64,000 nucleotides of DNA from an uncultured Gemmatimonadales bacterium (GCA_963844035.1 CAWJMT010000035.1:224001-288000), one strand, 5' to 3'. Positions 8,712-19,721 are shown, counted from the first letter of the stretch. Notes: generated by a model not told the origin, from the sequence alone. A program made the numbers and translations.

Positions 8712-11700
8712 CGGAAACCGCCAGGCGGTTGCGGCGTCTCGGGCGGCCACATGCCCGCGCCCGCGTCACCGCCACGGTCCTTGGGAGCGCTGGTGTCGCG
8801 CTCGCGATCGCCGCCGCGGGACTGTGGCTCGCGCCATGGGGCTTGGGGATAGCCGCCGCGTGGCTCGCGATTATTGCGGTCGGGGGGGTGGCGGTGCGCG
8901 TGGCAGGGCGCGCCGGCCGCGCGCTCGAGCCACGGATCTTGGCCCGGATGCTCGAAGGCACGAGCGAGGCACGTGCTGGAAGCGTGATCGGGACCATCGA
9001 ACCTGCCGGGGGCGATCTCTTCGCCCTCGCGGATGCGCACGCGGCGCGCGCCGTGACGGCGGCCGCGCCGCAGGTGCGCAGGATACTCGCCCGCGGCACG
9101 CGAGCCAGGCTCGTGGTGGGAATGGTAGCGGCGGCGGCTGGTGCCGCGCTGTTTGTCGCAGCCTCGCCCGCAGCGGGGCGCGCGGCGTTCTGGCATCCGC
9201 TGCGGGCGCTCGCCGACGCACGTGCGCCGGTGCGTCTCGAGGTGGATCGTTCGAGCGCGCGGCGTGGCGACATCGCCACGGTCACCATCGAGGCACCAGC
9301 GGCGACTGCCGCGATCCTCTGGACGCGGGGGCCGGGCGAGCCGTGGCGGTCGATCCCGGTGGCGCTCGACTCGGCGGGTCGCGCGGTTCAACGGGTGGGA
9401 CCGCTCGAGGCCGATCTCTACCTCCGGGCCACGAGCGGTGTGCGGCGCAGCGACGATCGCAAGATCGCCGTGGCGCTCCCCGCCTTTCTCGCCGCCCTCG
9501 ACGTGACGGCCCGGTTCCCCGCTTACCTGGAGCGCGCCGACGAATCGGTCCTTCCCGGTCCCGACACGATCCTCGTCCCGGAGGGAACGGAAATCGTCAC
9601 GGGCGGCGCCGCCAGCGTGGCGCTCGGGAGTGCGGCATGGATCGGTCGGGGTAGGGCCCGCGGGGATGGGGCTAGCGGTGGCGGGATCGCAGTTCAGAGG
9701 CCGGTTCAGGCCCGTCGCCTCGGGCACGTGGCAGCTCGTCCTCGTTCCGGCCGATGGTGGTGGTCTCGAGGGGGATGTGCCCGCGCTGCACCTGCGCGTG
9801 GTGCCCGACTCCGCTCCGACCGTCTCGGTTCCTGTTCCCGGACGCGACACGATTCTCCCGATTACGCTACGCCAACCGCTCGTGATCGATGCGCGCGACG
9901 ACCATGGCGTGAGGCGCGTCGACATCGTGAGCTGGCGCGTGAGCCAGACCGGCAAAGTGGGTGACACGCTGCGCCGGTCGGTCGACGTGAGCGGCGCAGG
10001 CGACCGCGCGTTGCTGCAAGGTGCGCTCGATGCTGAGGGCCGCGGGTTGCTTCCCGGCGACACCCTACGGTTCCGAGTCGAGGCGTGGGACAATGCGCCC
10101 GTGGCGCACCGCGGGCAGAGCGCGGAGGTCGCGCTCCGGCTGGCGAGCCTTGCGGAGCTGCGGGCGGCCACGCGGTCCGCAACGCAGGACGTCGGGTCGA
10201 GCGCCGACTCGCTCGCGACGGCGGCGGCCGACCTTTCCCGGCGCATGGCCGATCTGGCGCAGGAACGTCCGCGCGAGGGCAGTGCGGCTGGCGAGCGTGC
10301 CGCGGGTGCCCAGGCGGGAAGCCTCCCGTTCGAGGTGAGCGAGCGCGCCACCGCGATCGCCGACCAGGTGGCCGAGCTGCAGGAGCGCGCGCGACAGCTC
10401 GCCCAGGCGGTGGAGCGGGTGGCGCGGGTTGCGCAGCAGGCCGGCTTGACCGACACCGCGTTCCAGTCGCGTCTGGAGGAAGTGCGACAGCTGTTGCAGC
10501 AGGCGCTCACACCCGAGCTGGAGCAGCGACTGCGCGACCTGCAGGCGGCCCTGGAGCGACTCAACCCCGATGCCACGCGCCAGGCGCTCGAGCAGCTGGC
10601 CGAGTCGCAGCGCCAGTTCCGCGAGGCCCTCGAACGCAGCCGGTCGCTGTTCCAGCGCGCCGCCGTCGAGGGTGCACTCGAGTCTCTGGCCGCAGACGCA
10701 GAGGATCTGCGGCGCAGGCAAGGCGACTGGAACCGGGCGCTCCCGGCGCGGTCCGATAGCGCGGCCGGCCGGCGCGAGCGGGCGCTGGCGGTGCGCGCCG
10801 ATTCGCTGACCCGGGCGATCGCGCGGATGGGTGGCGATCTCGCGCGGACCGGGTCCGCCCGGAGCGGAAGCGCGCCGCTCGCGACTCCACAGGCGGCGGC
10901 GGCCCGGGCGACGGGCGCCATGCAGGGGGCGGCGTCCGCGGCGGACGCGAATGATGCGGCGCGGGCGATGCGCGACGGCGCCGTCGCGGAGTCGGCGCTG
11001 GCGGAAATCCCCGACCAGTTGCGTGCCCAACGGGATTCGGCGGTGCGGGCCTGGCGTCAGGAAACGCTGGACGCCCTCGACCGCGCGCTTTCCGAGAGCG
11101 CGGCACTCGCGGAACGGCAGCTGCGGATCGCGGAAGGCCTGCGCGCGGGCGAGGCCGGCGCTGCGGCGCGCTCCCGCCAGGCGTCGGTGGAGGAGGGCAC
11201 GCAGGTGATCGGACGGCAGATTCGGGCGGCGTCGGGCCGGCATGCCCTTGTCTCACCGGAGCTCGAGGGCGCCTTGGCCCTCGCGCGCCACCAGATGCGC
11301 GCGGCGCGCGAACAGCTCGAGGCCCCCGTTCCCAACCCGGATGCGGCAGCGGCGTTGGCGGAAGGGTCGGTGGATGCACTGAACGCGACCGCGTATGCAC
11401 TGGCACGGACTCGCAGCGACGTAGCCAACGCGAAGTCGGGGAGTGGATTCGCCGAGGCCATGGAGCGCCTCACGAAGCTGGCAGGCCAGCAGGGAGCATT
11501 GAACGCCCAGGCGCAGGGTCTGCTGCCGCTCGGCGCCGGCGCCGGCGATGCGGTACAGGAGCAGCTGCGCGCGTTGGCGGCGCAGCAGCGGGCGCTCGCG
11601 GACCAGCTTGACCGGCTGCGGGCCGAGGGTGCGAGTTCAGCGGCGGGCGCGCTGGGGCAGGAGGCCCGCGATCTCGCCCGGCAACTCGAGGCAGGGCGAC

Positions 11701-11984
11701 TCGATTCTCAAACGGTGCGACGCCAGGATCATCTGTATCACCGTCTGCTCGATGCGGGCCGGACCCTGACCAGCGCCTCGCCCGACGAGCAGCGGGCGCG
11801 GGTCAGCCGGCCGGCGACGGAGGGCGACGTGCACACGCCGGCCTTGTTGGCACCGGGCGCCACGGGCTCAGGTCCGCCGCTCCGCTATCCCACGTGGGAT
11901 GAGTTGATGGCGCTGACACCAGAGCAGCGCCGGCTGGTGCTCGAATACTTCCGACGCATCAATGCGCCACCGGTTGCGCACTAG
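8708..11984 (+). CDS. DUF4175-like membrane-anchored coiled-coil protein; apparent frameshift near 9640
   Basis: N-terminal TM helices, PAYL motif, VVPDSAPTV..DDHGV, LLPGD.L..RVEAWDN, long Q/A/E/R coiled coil, C-terminal LVLEYFRRI. Confidence 0.7.
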
Positions 11985-13710
11985 CGGCCTGGTGGGCACC
12001 GCGCTCATGGCGCTCGCGCCGTGTGGTGCGACCGCGCAGGCCATCGGCGGGGGCTTCGACCTCGAGCGGGCCGGTCAGCCCGCGCGGGCGGCCACCGTCT
12101 ATCTGTCCACCCTGCGCAGTGACCCCACCAACCTGGCCGCACTGCTCGGCCTCGAGCGCGTGCTCCCGCAGCTGCAGCGCATGCCGGAGCTGCTGCCGCT
12201 GGCACAGCAGGCGGTCGCGCGCGACTCCGCGAGCGGCTCGTTGCGCGGCCTGCTGGTGCGGACGTACGTCGCGCTCGACATGCCCGACAGCGCGATGGCG
12301 GTGGCGGAGCGTTGGGCCCGGAGTCGTCCTCAAGACGAGGAGCCGTATCGGGAGTGGGCACTTGCGCTGGCGGAGCATCATTTCAGTACCGAGGCCCGGC
12401 GGGTGCTCGGCGCCGGCCGGAAGGCATTGGGTGGGCCCGCCACCTTTGCCCTCGAGCTGGCCGCGCTCGCACAGCAAGCCGGTGATTGGGAGGGCGCGGC
12501 GCAGGAGTGGGTATTAGTCATCACGGCAACGCCGGCGCAGGCGCAGACAGCGCTGACGCAGCTCGCCGACGCGCCAGCAGAGCAGCGCGAACGGATGGTC
12601 CGAGCGCTTACACCGCGCGGCGGCCCGGTGCTCGGCGTGCGGCTCGCCGCGGAGCTCCTGCTCGGATGGGGCGACCCCGCGCGCGCGTGGACCATTTTCG
12701 CGACCACGGTCGAGACCCCATCGGCGGATGCCGGCTACGCGCTGCGGCGCTTTGCCGATCTGGCCGGCGCGCTCAGAACGCCCGCTGGGTGGCGCGTGCG
12801 CGGGCTCGCCCTCAGCCGGTTCGCCGGTTTCGCTCCCGCGCGCGTGGCGGTCCGGGCGCGAGCGGAGGCCGCGCGATCATTTCTGCAGGCCGGGGACGCG
12901 GCGGCGGCGCGCATCGAGCTCGAACGCGTGGTGGATGACGGCAGCGCACCGCCTGATGCGCAGCGGCTCGCGACCGCCACGCTGATCGGCGTCTTGATCG
13001 GAGAGGGGCAGCTCGACAGCGCGACGGCGCGGCTGCAGGCCGCACGCATCCGCCTCGGCGCAGAGGATCGGGCGGCGCTCCGGGCGGCGCTCGCGCGGGC
13101 ACGCATTCGCCGGGGCGAGTTGATCCGAGCCGACTCCCTGGTGGCGAACGACTCCAGCGTCGAAGCCCTCGCACTGCAGGGCTGGCTCGCGCTGTACCGC
13201 GGCAATTTGCGCGAGGCGCGCGCGCGACTCGGGGCGGCCGGCCCCTATGCCGGTGATCGTCGTGAGGCGACTGCGCGCACCGCGATGTTGGCCCTCATGG
13301 AACGTCTCCCGCGCGACACTTTCCCTGCGCTGGGCCGCGCACTGCTCACGCTGGCGCGCGGCGATTCGGCTGTCGCGGTGACGGAGCTGCGGCGCGCCGC
13401 GGATGAGCTCACGGCGGAGCAGGGCCGGGGAGATGTCCTGCTCGTGGCCGGCCGGATCGCTGCGCAGCTTGGCCCGCAGGGCGAAGCGACGGCGATCGTG
13501 CTGTTCGAGGAGGTCGTGCGCATCGGTGGCACCGGGTCGGCGCCGCCGGCGGCCGAGCTGGCCTGGGCCGAGCTGCTGCTGCGCCAGGGGCACCTCGAGG
13601 CCGCGATCAAACACCTCGAAAGTGTCATTCTTGCGTATCCCGAAAGCGCGGTCGTGCCCGAGGCGCGCCGGCGGCTCGACGCAGCGAAGGGAGCGATTCC
13701 CAAGTCGTGA
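11962..13710 (+). CDS. tetratricopeptide-repeat protein (exported)
   Basis: Signal-like N-terminus, Ala/Leu-rich helical repeats, C-terminal AIKHLESVILAYPESAVVPEARRRL. Confidence 0.75.
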   Translation: MRHRLRTSGLVGTALMALAPCGATAQAIGGGFDLERAGQPARAATVYLSTLRSDPTNLAALLGLERVLPQLQRMPELLPLAQQAVARDSASGSLRGLLVRTYVALDMPDSAMAVAERWARSRPQDEEPYREWALALAEHHFSTEARRVLGAGRKALGGPATFALELAALAQQAGDWEGAAQEWVLVITATPAQAQTALTQLADAPAEQRERMVRALTPRGGPVLGVRLAAELLLGWGDPARAWTIFATTVETPSADAGYALRRFADLAGALRTPAGWRVRGLALSRFAGFAPARVAVRARAEAARSFLQAGDAAAARIELERVVDDGSAPPDAQRLATATLIGVLIGEGQLDSATARLQAARIRLGAEDRAALRAALARARIRRGELIRADSLVANDSSVEALALQGWLALYRGNLREARARLGAAGPYAGDRREATARTAMLALMERLPRDTFPALGRALLTLARGDSAVAVTELRRAADELTAEQGRGDVLLVAGRIAAQLGPQGEATAIVLFEEVVRIGGTGSAPPAAELAWAELLLRQGHLEAAIKHLESVILAYPESAVVPEARRRLDAAKGAIPKS

Positions 13711-15019
13711 GGCGGAGAGAGTTCGTACGGGCGGTCGGGCGGACAGGCGGTCTGGCGGTCACGGCGGATCTCCTTGGCCTGCCGTCTCTGACCGCCCGAC
13801 CGCCCGACCGTCTGACCGCCCAGCTTCTCATCCCCATGGACGAGGCGCAAACCGACCATCTCAAAGCGTACGGCGTGACGTATCGAGTCATCCAAGCCGG
13901 TATGCAGGCGGAGTGGCTGCTCAACTATCGCGGCGGATCGTTTCTCGTCCCCGATGGGACGGCGATCCGACGTGACGCCGGGCTGACCGGCGCGCGGGTC
14001 GAGCCCGTCACGCGCGGACGACATCGCCGCGATCCGCGGAACGATCGGGGCGACGAATGCGGACTGCCATCCCGCTCGAGAAGGCGCCCAAGATTGCCGT
14101 GTACGTGCCGCCCAACGCCCCCCCGTGGGACGATGCGGTGACGATGGCGCTCCAGTACGCCGGCGTCCCGTTCGACAAGGTGTGGGACTTCGAGGTGATT
14201 GGCGGGACACTCCCGCGGTACGACTGGCTGCACCTGCACCACGAGGATTTCACGGGTCAATACTCGAAATTTTCTCTGACGCACGCCGGCAAGCCGTGGC
14301 TCGCCGAGATGGTGCAGGTCAATACCGACGCGGCGAAACGCCTCGGGTTTCGCAACGTCCCCGATCTCAAGGGCGCTGTCGCCCGGGTGATCCGCGACTA
14401 CGTCGCGAACGGTGGCTTTTTGTTCGCCATGTGCACCGCGACGGAGACGATCGACCTTGCGCTGGCCGCCGAGCACGTCGACATCGCGGCGCGACTGGCG
14501 GACGGGACCCCGATCGACCCCGCGGCCGACCGGAAGCTCGACTGGAGCCGGAGCATCGCCTTCACCGGCGCGCACATCGAGCCGGACGCGACGGTCCCGA
14601 GCTTCTCCGACATCGATGGTCACCAGGTGAACGTTCCCACCCGGCAGCGACCGCTGGGCGCGTTCAAGCTCTTCAACTTCAGCGCCAAATTCGACCCGGT
14701 GGCCGCGATGCTGGTGCAAAACCACCGCGACTCGATTCCGGACTTCTACGGGCTGACGACTTCGTTCATGCGCGACCGGCTGAAGCCCAGCGTGGTGGTG
14801 CTGGCCGATGAACCCGGTGCGCCGTGGGTGAAGTACATCCACGGCAACCTGGGGAAGGGTACCTGGACGTTCTTCGGTGGCCACGATCCCGAAGATCCCC
14901 AACACGTGCTGGGCGAAGCGCCGACGGACCTGTCGTTGCACCCGCATTCGCCGGGGTATCGCCTCATCCTGAACAACGTGCTTTTCCCGGCCGCCAAGAA
15001 ACGGGAGCTGAAGACGTGA
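13707..15019 (+). CDS. Tat-exported protein of the family often labelled 'asparagine synthetase B' (GATase-like fold); apparent frameshift near 14020
   Basis: RRREFV Tat-like motif; LIPMDEAQTDHLKAYG, WLLNYRGGSF, PWDDAVT.AL.YA, DWLHLHHEDFTGQY, GGFLFAMC, GGHDPED, SPGYRLILNNVLFPAA. Confidence 0.8.
13729..13821. repeat. inverted pair of 8-bp tandem arrays (GGGCGGTC-type x4)
   Basis: gggcggtc gggcggac aggcggtc tggcggtc a ... tgaccgcc cgaccgcc cgaccgtc tgaccgcc c. Confidence 0.9.
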
Positions 15020-17532
15020 GCGTCGACCGGCTGTCGCCCGCGGTGCAGGCGCTGCTCAGCGTCGAGATCGCTGCCGCGCAGGGACGCGAGGTGTCGTTCG
15101 TGGCGCGGCCCGATGCGAGCGGCCGGTTGGTCGAGGCGCGGGTCGCGGCGCGGGGCACGGTCGACGCCGTGCTCGCGCTCCCCGGGATCGCCGAGCGTGG
15201 AGAGATGCTGCTCCACAACCACCCGAGCGGCGTCCTCGACCCGTCGGGCGCGGACCTGGCGGTCGCCGCCCGGCTGCATGACGGCGGCGTGGGCTTCGCG
15301 ATCGTGAACAACGCGGTGACCGATTGCTACGTCGTGGTCGAGATCCCGCGCCGCCGCGCGACGATGCGCCTCGACGCCGTAGACGTCGCCGGGATGCTCG
15401 CCGAGCACGGCCCGGTGGCGAAGGGCATGGGCGCGTTCGAGGATCGCCCGAGCCAGCGGGATATGGCGGCGTACATCGCCGACGTCTACAACGACGGCGG
15501 CGTGGCCGTGCTCGAGGCCGGCACCGGGGTGGGGAAGTCGTTTGCCTACCTGGTGCCGGCGCTGATCTGGGCGCGTGAAAACGGCGAGCGCACGGTCGTT
15601 TCCACCAACACGATCAACCTGCAAGAGCAGCTGGTCGGGAAGGATCTGCCGGTGCTCGCGCGTGCGCTCGCGACCGGGGACCATACCCCCAGCTTCGCAC
15701 TGCTCAAGGGATGGCGGAACTACCTGTGCCTCGCACGGCTCGAGCAGGCTCGGGGCGCGCAGGACTCGATGTTCGACTCCGCGCGGGCGGCCGAGATCGA
15801 AACGCTCGCGGCGTGGGCGGCACGCACCGGCGACGGCAGCCTCGCCGACCTGGCCGACGAGCCCACGGCGGAGGTGTGGGACGCGGTGGCGGCGGAGTCG
15901 GACCTGTGCCCGCGTCTCGCGTGCCCGCACTTCGAGCACTGCTTCCTGTTTCAAGCGCGCCGGCGTGCCGCGGAGGCCGACGTCGTCGTGGTGAACCATC
16001 ACCTGCTGGCGTCCGACCTCGCCGTGCGGATTGCGTCGGAGAACTGGCTGGAGGCGGCCGTGCTGCCTCCTTACCGGCGTCTCGTGCTGGATGAGGCGCA
16101 TCACGTGGAGGACGTCGCGGCCACGCACCTCGGCGCCCATGTCAGCGCCATCGGCGTGCAGCGGTTGCTCGCGCGGCTCGAGCGCAACGGGCGCGGGCTG
16201 TTGCCGACGATCATCGCCGAGCTGGCGGCGCGGGACGACGCCTCGAGCCCGGTCAACCGGCAGCTCGCAGGCCAGAGCCTCGTGGACGCGCTTGTGGCGG
16301 CGCGCCGGGCGGCCGACACGCTCTTCCTTCTTCTCGGTGTGCACCTCGACGGCGTGGCGGGGCAGGGACCCGTGCTGCGTCTCACGGACGCGTTCGCCGC
16401 GGATCCTGTGTGGGGCCAGGGCCTGGGCGTCGCGTTCGAGAACCTGCTGGTGAGCTTGAACTCGCTGCGCAGCGGGGTGGAGACGATCGCCGACCAGCTG
16501 ACGCTGGAGGATCCCGCCGACCGCAAGGCACAGCTGATCGCCGAGCTGCGGGGAGTGGTGCGCCGCCTAGACGCCGCGGCGCAGGGGCTCACGGCGGCAC
16601 TGCAGCCGCCGCCGGGCGGCCCGGCCGCCGTGCGCTGGCTCGAGCGCCGGGGCAAGAAGGGGGGGAACCTGTCGCTCGCCTCCGTCCCGCTCGACCTGGC
16701 GCCGTTGCTCAAGGAGAATCTATTCGACCGGGTCGAGACGGTCGTCCTGACGAGCGCCACACTCGCCGCCAGCGGGGATTTCAGTTTCCTGGAAGAGCGT
16801 CTGGGCCTCGATCTCCCGCCGGCGCGCGTGGTGGTGCGGGAAATTCTCGCGTCACCATTCGACTTCGGGTCGCAGTGCCTGTTCGGGATCCCCAACGATC
16901 TCCCCGAACCGCGGGATGACGAGGCGGGGCATGACGCCGCCGTCGCGCGGGTACTGCTCGACCTCGCGCGGGCCGCGGACGGGGGCATCTTCGTGCTGTT
17001 CACGAGTCACGCGGCGCTGCGCCGCGCGGCGGCGGCGGTGCGCGATCACGTCGGGGGACGCTGGCCGCTGCTCGTGCAGGGCGAGGGGCAGCGCGATCAG
17101 ATGCTGCGCCGGTTTCGCGAGTCGGGCTCGGCGATCCTGCTCGGCACCGACTCGTTCTGGGAGGGAGTGGACGTACCGGGCCGCGCCCTACGCGTATTGA
17201 TCCTGACCAAGCTGCCGTTCAAGGTGCCCACGGAGCCGCTCACCGCGGCGCGCCTCGAGCGTCTCGAGGAGCGGGGCGTGAACGGTTTCACGCGCTATCT
17301 CGTGCCGCTCGCCGCGCTCAAGTTGAAACAGGGGTTCGGGCGGTTGATTCGCACGCGCTCGGACGCGGGTGTCGTGCTGCTGCTGGACCGACGCGTTGTG
17401 ACGAAACCGTATGGGGCCCGCATGCTCGAGGGTTTGCCTGCCACGGACCCCATCATCGGGAGCTGGGACGAGATCCGGCGGCGCTCCGAAGAGTTCTTTG
17501 CGGAACATGGGATCGGCGCTCCCGCGGTCTGA
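15016..17532 (+). CDS. DinG/YoaA-family helicase with N-terminal JAB/RadC-like domain
   Basis: HNHPSG...PS..D; EAGTGVGKS Walker A, STNTINLQEQL, KG..NYLC, Fe-S cysteines, DEAH, TSATL, SFWEGVDVPG, QGFGRLIR. Confidence 0.9.
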   Translation: MSVDRLSPAVQALLSVEIAAAQGREVSFVARPDASGRLVEARVAARGTVDAVLALPGIAERGEMLLHNHPSGVLDPSGADLAVAARLHDGGVGFAIVNNAVTDCYVVVEIPRRRATMRLDAVDVAGMLAEHGPVAKGMGAFEDRPSQRDMAAYIADVYNDGGVAVLEAGTGVGKSFAYLVPALIWARENGERTVVSTNTINLQEQLVGKDLPVLARALATGDHTPSFALLKGWRNYLCLARLEQARGAQDSMFDSARAAEIETLAAWAARTGDGSLADLADEPTAEVWDAVAAESDLCPRLACPHFEHCFLFQARRRAAEADVVVVNHHLLASDLAVRIASENWLEAAVLPPYRRLVLDEAHHVEDVAATHLGAHVSAIGVQRLLARLERNGRGLLPTIIAELAARDDASSPVNRQLAGQSLVDALVAARRAADTLFLLLGVHLDGVAGQGPVLRLTDAFAADPVWGQGLGVAFENLLVSLNSLRSGVETIADQLTLEDPADRKAQLIAELRGVVRRLDAAAQGLTAALQPPPGGPAAVRWLERRGKKGGNLSLASVPLDLAPLLKENLFDRVETVVLTSATLAASGDFSFLEERLGLDLPPARVVVREILASPFDFGSQCLFGIPNDLPEPRDDEAGHDAAVARVLLDLARAADGGIFVLFTSHAALRRAAAAVRDHVGGRWPLLVQGEGQRDQMLRRFRESGSAILLGTDSFWEGVDVPGRALRVLILTKLPFKVPTEPLTAARLERLEERGVNGFTRYLVPLAALKLKQGFGRLIRTRSDAGVVLLLDRRVVTKPYGARMLEGLPATDPIIGSWDEIRRRSEEFFAEHGIGAPAV

Positions 17533-17559
17533 CGGGGCCGCCCACGTGTAGATTGCAGG

Positions 17560-18417
17560 GTGTTTGAGCTTCGCAGGATTGCTACCCGGCCCGCGCGGGC
17601 TACATGGCTCGCGAGCGCGGCGCTGCACGCGATTGTCATCGCGGTCGTTGCGGCGGTCGCGTGGCGGGCAAAGCCCACCACGCAGTTCATCACGTTGAGC
17701 GCACCGGTTGTGCGGAAAATGCCGTCGCTGCCGCCTCGCGGGGGCAGCGCCCGGGCTCGGGGCCCTAGTGGGGGGCTCGGCAATCCGGTGCCGGTGGCGC
17801 CCCCCCCGGTCACCCAGGCGGCCCCGGCGCCGGTGGGCATCGTGGACTCCACCCCGGCGGTGCTCCCCCCCGTCGTCCGTCGTCCTGTCGGTGTCGAGCC
17901 CCGTCTTCCCGACTCGCTCATCTGGGCGATGCCGCGACCGGCCCTGCCCGCCGACGTGGCGGAGCTGCTCTATAGCCCTAGCGATCCCAAGGTCCCGCTG
18001 CCAAGGGATTCCATCGTCAAAGTACGGCTGCGTGCGATGGTGGACTCGATGAACCGCATCATCGATGCGGAACAGCGTGCGGGCCGGAAACCAACGTGGA
18101 TGACGGATGTGGCGGGGAAGAAATTCGGGATGGACTCGCAGAACATCTACATCGCCGGAATGAAGATCCCCACGCCGGTGTTGATGGCGTTCGGAAGCCT
18201 GCTGCCTCAGGGGAATTTCGACGAAGCCATGCGCGGGCGGCAGCTCGCCTATATACGTGAGGATATTTTGCAGGCGGCTGCCCGCACGCAGAATCTCGAG
18301 GAGTTTCGCAAGTACGTGCGTGAGCTGCGACAGCGTAAGCAGAGCGAGCGCGACGCGGCCAAACACCAGCGGGATTCGGTAGTCGCGAAACCGGATACAG
18401 AACGAATAGTGCCGTAG
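17560..18417 (+). CDS. hypothetical membrane-anchored Pro-rich protein
   Basis: S..LH TM segment (TonB-like anchor), Pro-rich linker, C-terminal helical domain. Confidence 0.6.
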   Translation: MFELRRIATRPARATWLASAALHAIVIAVVAAVAWRAKPTTQFITLSAPVVRKMPSLPPRGGSARARGPSGGLGNPVPVAPPPVTQAAPAPVGIVDSTPAVLPPVVRRPVGVEPRLPDSLIWAMPRPALPADVAELLYSPSDPKVPLPRDSIVKVRLRAMVDSMNRIIDAEQRAGRKPTWMTDVAGKKFGMDSQNIYIAGMKIPTPVLMAFGSLLPQGNFDEAMRGRQLAYIREDILQAAARTQNLEEFRKYVRELRQRKQSERDAAKHQRDSVVAKPDTERIVP

Positions 18418-18427
18418 AGGGGGAGAC

Positions 18428-18455
18428 GACGCTAAGACGCTAAGACGCTATGAGC
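18428..18455. repeat. 8-bp tandem repeat (GACGCTAA x3), copy 1
   Basis: gacgctaagacgctaagacgctatgagc; 27/28 identical to 25589-25616. Confidence 0.85.
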
Positions 18456-19721
18456 TGCCGCCTCCAGTCGCTTCAGTGCCGCTTCTTTCCCCACCACGTG
18501 CAACAGCTCGTTCACCGGCTCCGACACGGTACCGCCGGTCAACGCAATGCGGATCGGCTGGAATACCTTGCCGGCGGCCACGCCGCGCTCGGTCGCCAGC
18601 GCGCGCAGCCGCTGCTCGAGCGCCGCCGCCGTCCACTCGGCGTCCCGCAACGCGGTGACGCTCGCTTCGAGGGCCGCCTTGTAGGCGGCCGGATCCTTCG
18701 CGATTTCCTGTTTGGCCTTCTCGTCGTGTACGACGAATTGCGGATCGAGACGGACGGCAACCTGACGCGCCACGTCGAGGGTCGTGCGCGAGCGGGTCTT
18801 GACTGCGCCGATCGCCACGAGGATCGCCTCACGCGAGCTCTGCAGTCCGAGCTTTTCGAGTTGTGGCGCCACCAGGGGGTACAGATCGTCGCCCGTGGCC
18901 AGCGAGAGGTACTGCCCGTTCATCCACTCGAGCTTGGTCGTATCGAAGATGGCGCTCTTCTTCTGGACGCCCTCGAACGAAAACAGCTGCACCATCTCGT
19001 CCAGCGTCATGATCTCCCGGTCGCCGCCGGGGCTCCAGCCGAGCAGCGCCAGGAAGTTGCGCATCGCCGCGGGCAGGATGCCGAGATGCTGATAGTCGCC
19101 GACGGCGGTCGCCCCGTGACGCTTCGAGAGCTTCTTCCCGTCGGGGCCGTTGATCATGGGAACGTGGCCGAACACCGGCGGGTCGGCCCCGAGCGCGCGG
19201 TAGAGCGCGATCTGCTTGGGGGTGTTCGAGATGTGATCGTCGCCGCGCAGCACGTGGGTGATGCGCATGTGGATGTCGTCGGCGACCACGGCCAGGTTGT
19301 AGATCGGGGTGCGGTCGGAGCGGAGGATGATGAGATCCTTCAGGTCCTGGCCCTGAAAGCTGATGCGGCCGTGCACCGCGTCGTCCCAGGCGATCTCTCC
19401 CGGAGGCATCCGGAACCGGATCGCGCCCTCGTCCATGTAGGCCTTGCCTTCGGCGAGGAGGCGGTCGGCCAGCTCCTGGTGGCGCTTGAGGCCGGCGCCC
19501 TGGAACACGAGCTCCTCGTCCCAGTCGAGGCCGAGCCAGGTGAGGCCCTCGAGGATCACGCGGGTGTGCTCTTCGGAGGAGCGCTCCTTGTCGGTGTCCT
19601 CGATGCGCAGCAGGAAGGTGCCGCCCACGTGGCGCGCATACAGCCAGTTGAGCAGGGCGGTGCGCGCGCCCCCGACGTGCAAGTAGCCCGTGGGGGACGG
19701 AGCGAAGCGGACGCGGGTCAT
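18432..19721 (-). CDS. gltX: glutamate--tRNA ligase (compact form)
   Basis: RFAPSPTGYLHVGGART, LRIEDTD, ITHVLRGDDH..NT, KLSKRHG. Confidence 0.95.
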   Translation of the reverse strand: MTRVRFAPSPTGYLHVGGARTALLNWLYARHVGGTFLLRIEDTDKERSSEEHTRVILEGLTWLGLDWDEELVFQGAGLKRHQELADRLLAEGKAYMDEGAIRFRMPPGEIAWDDAVHGRISFQGQDLKDLIILRSDRTPIYNLAVVADDIHMRITHVLRGDDHISNTPKQIALYRALGADPPVFGHVPMINGPDGKKLSKRHGATAVGDYQHLGILPAAMRNFLALLGWSPGGDREIMTLDEMVQLFSFEGVQKKSAIFDTTKLEWMNGQYLSLATGDDLYPLVAPQLEKLGLQSSREAILVAIGAVKTRSRTTLDVARQVAVRLDPQFVVHDEKAKQEIAKDPAAYKAALEASVTALRDAEWTAAALEQRLRALATERGVAAGKVFQPIRIALTGGTVSEPVNELLHVVGKEAALKRLEAAAHSVLAS

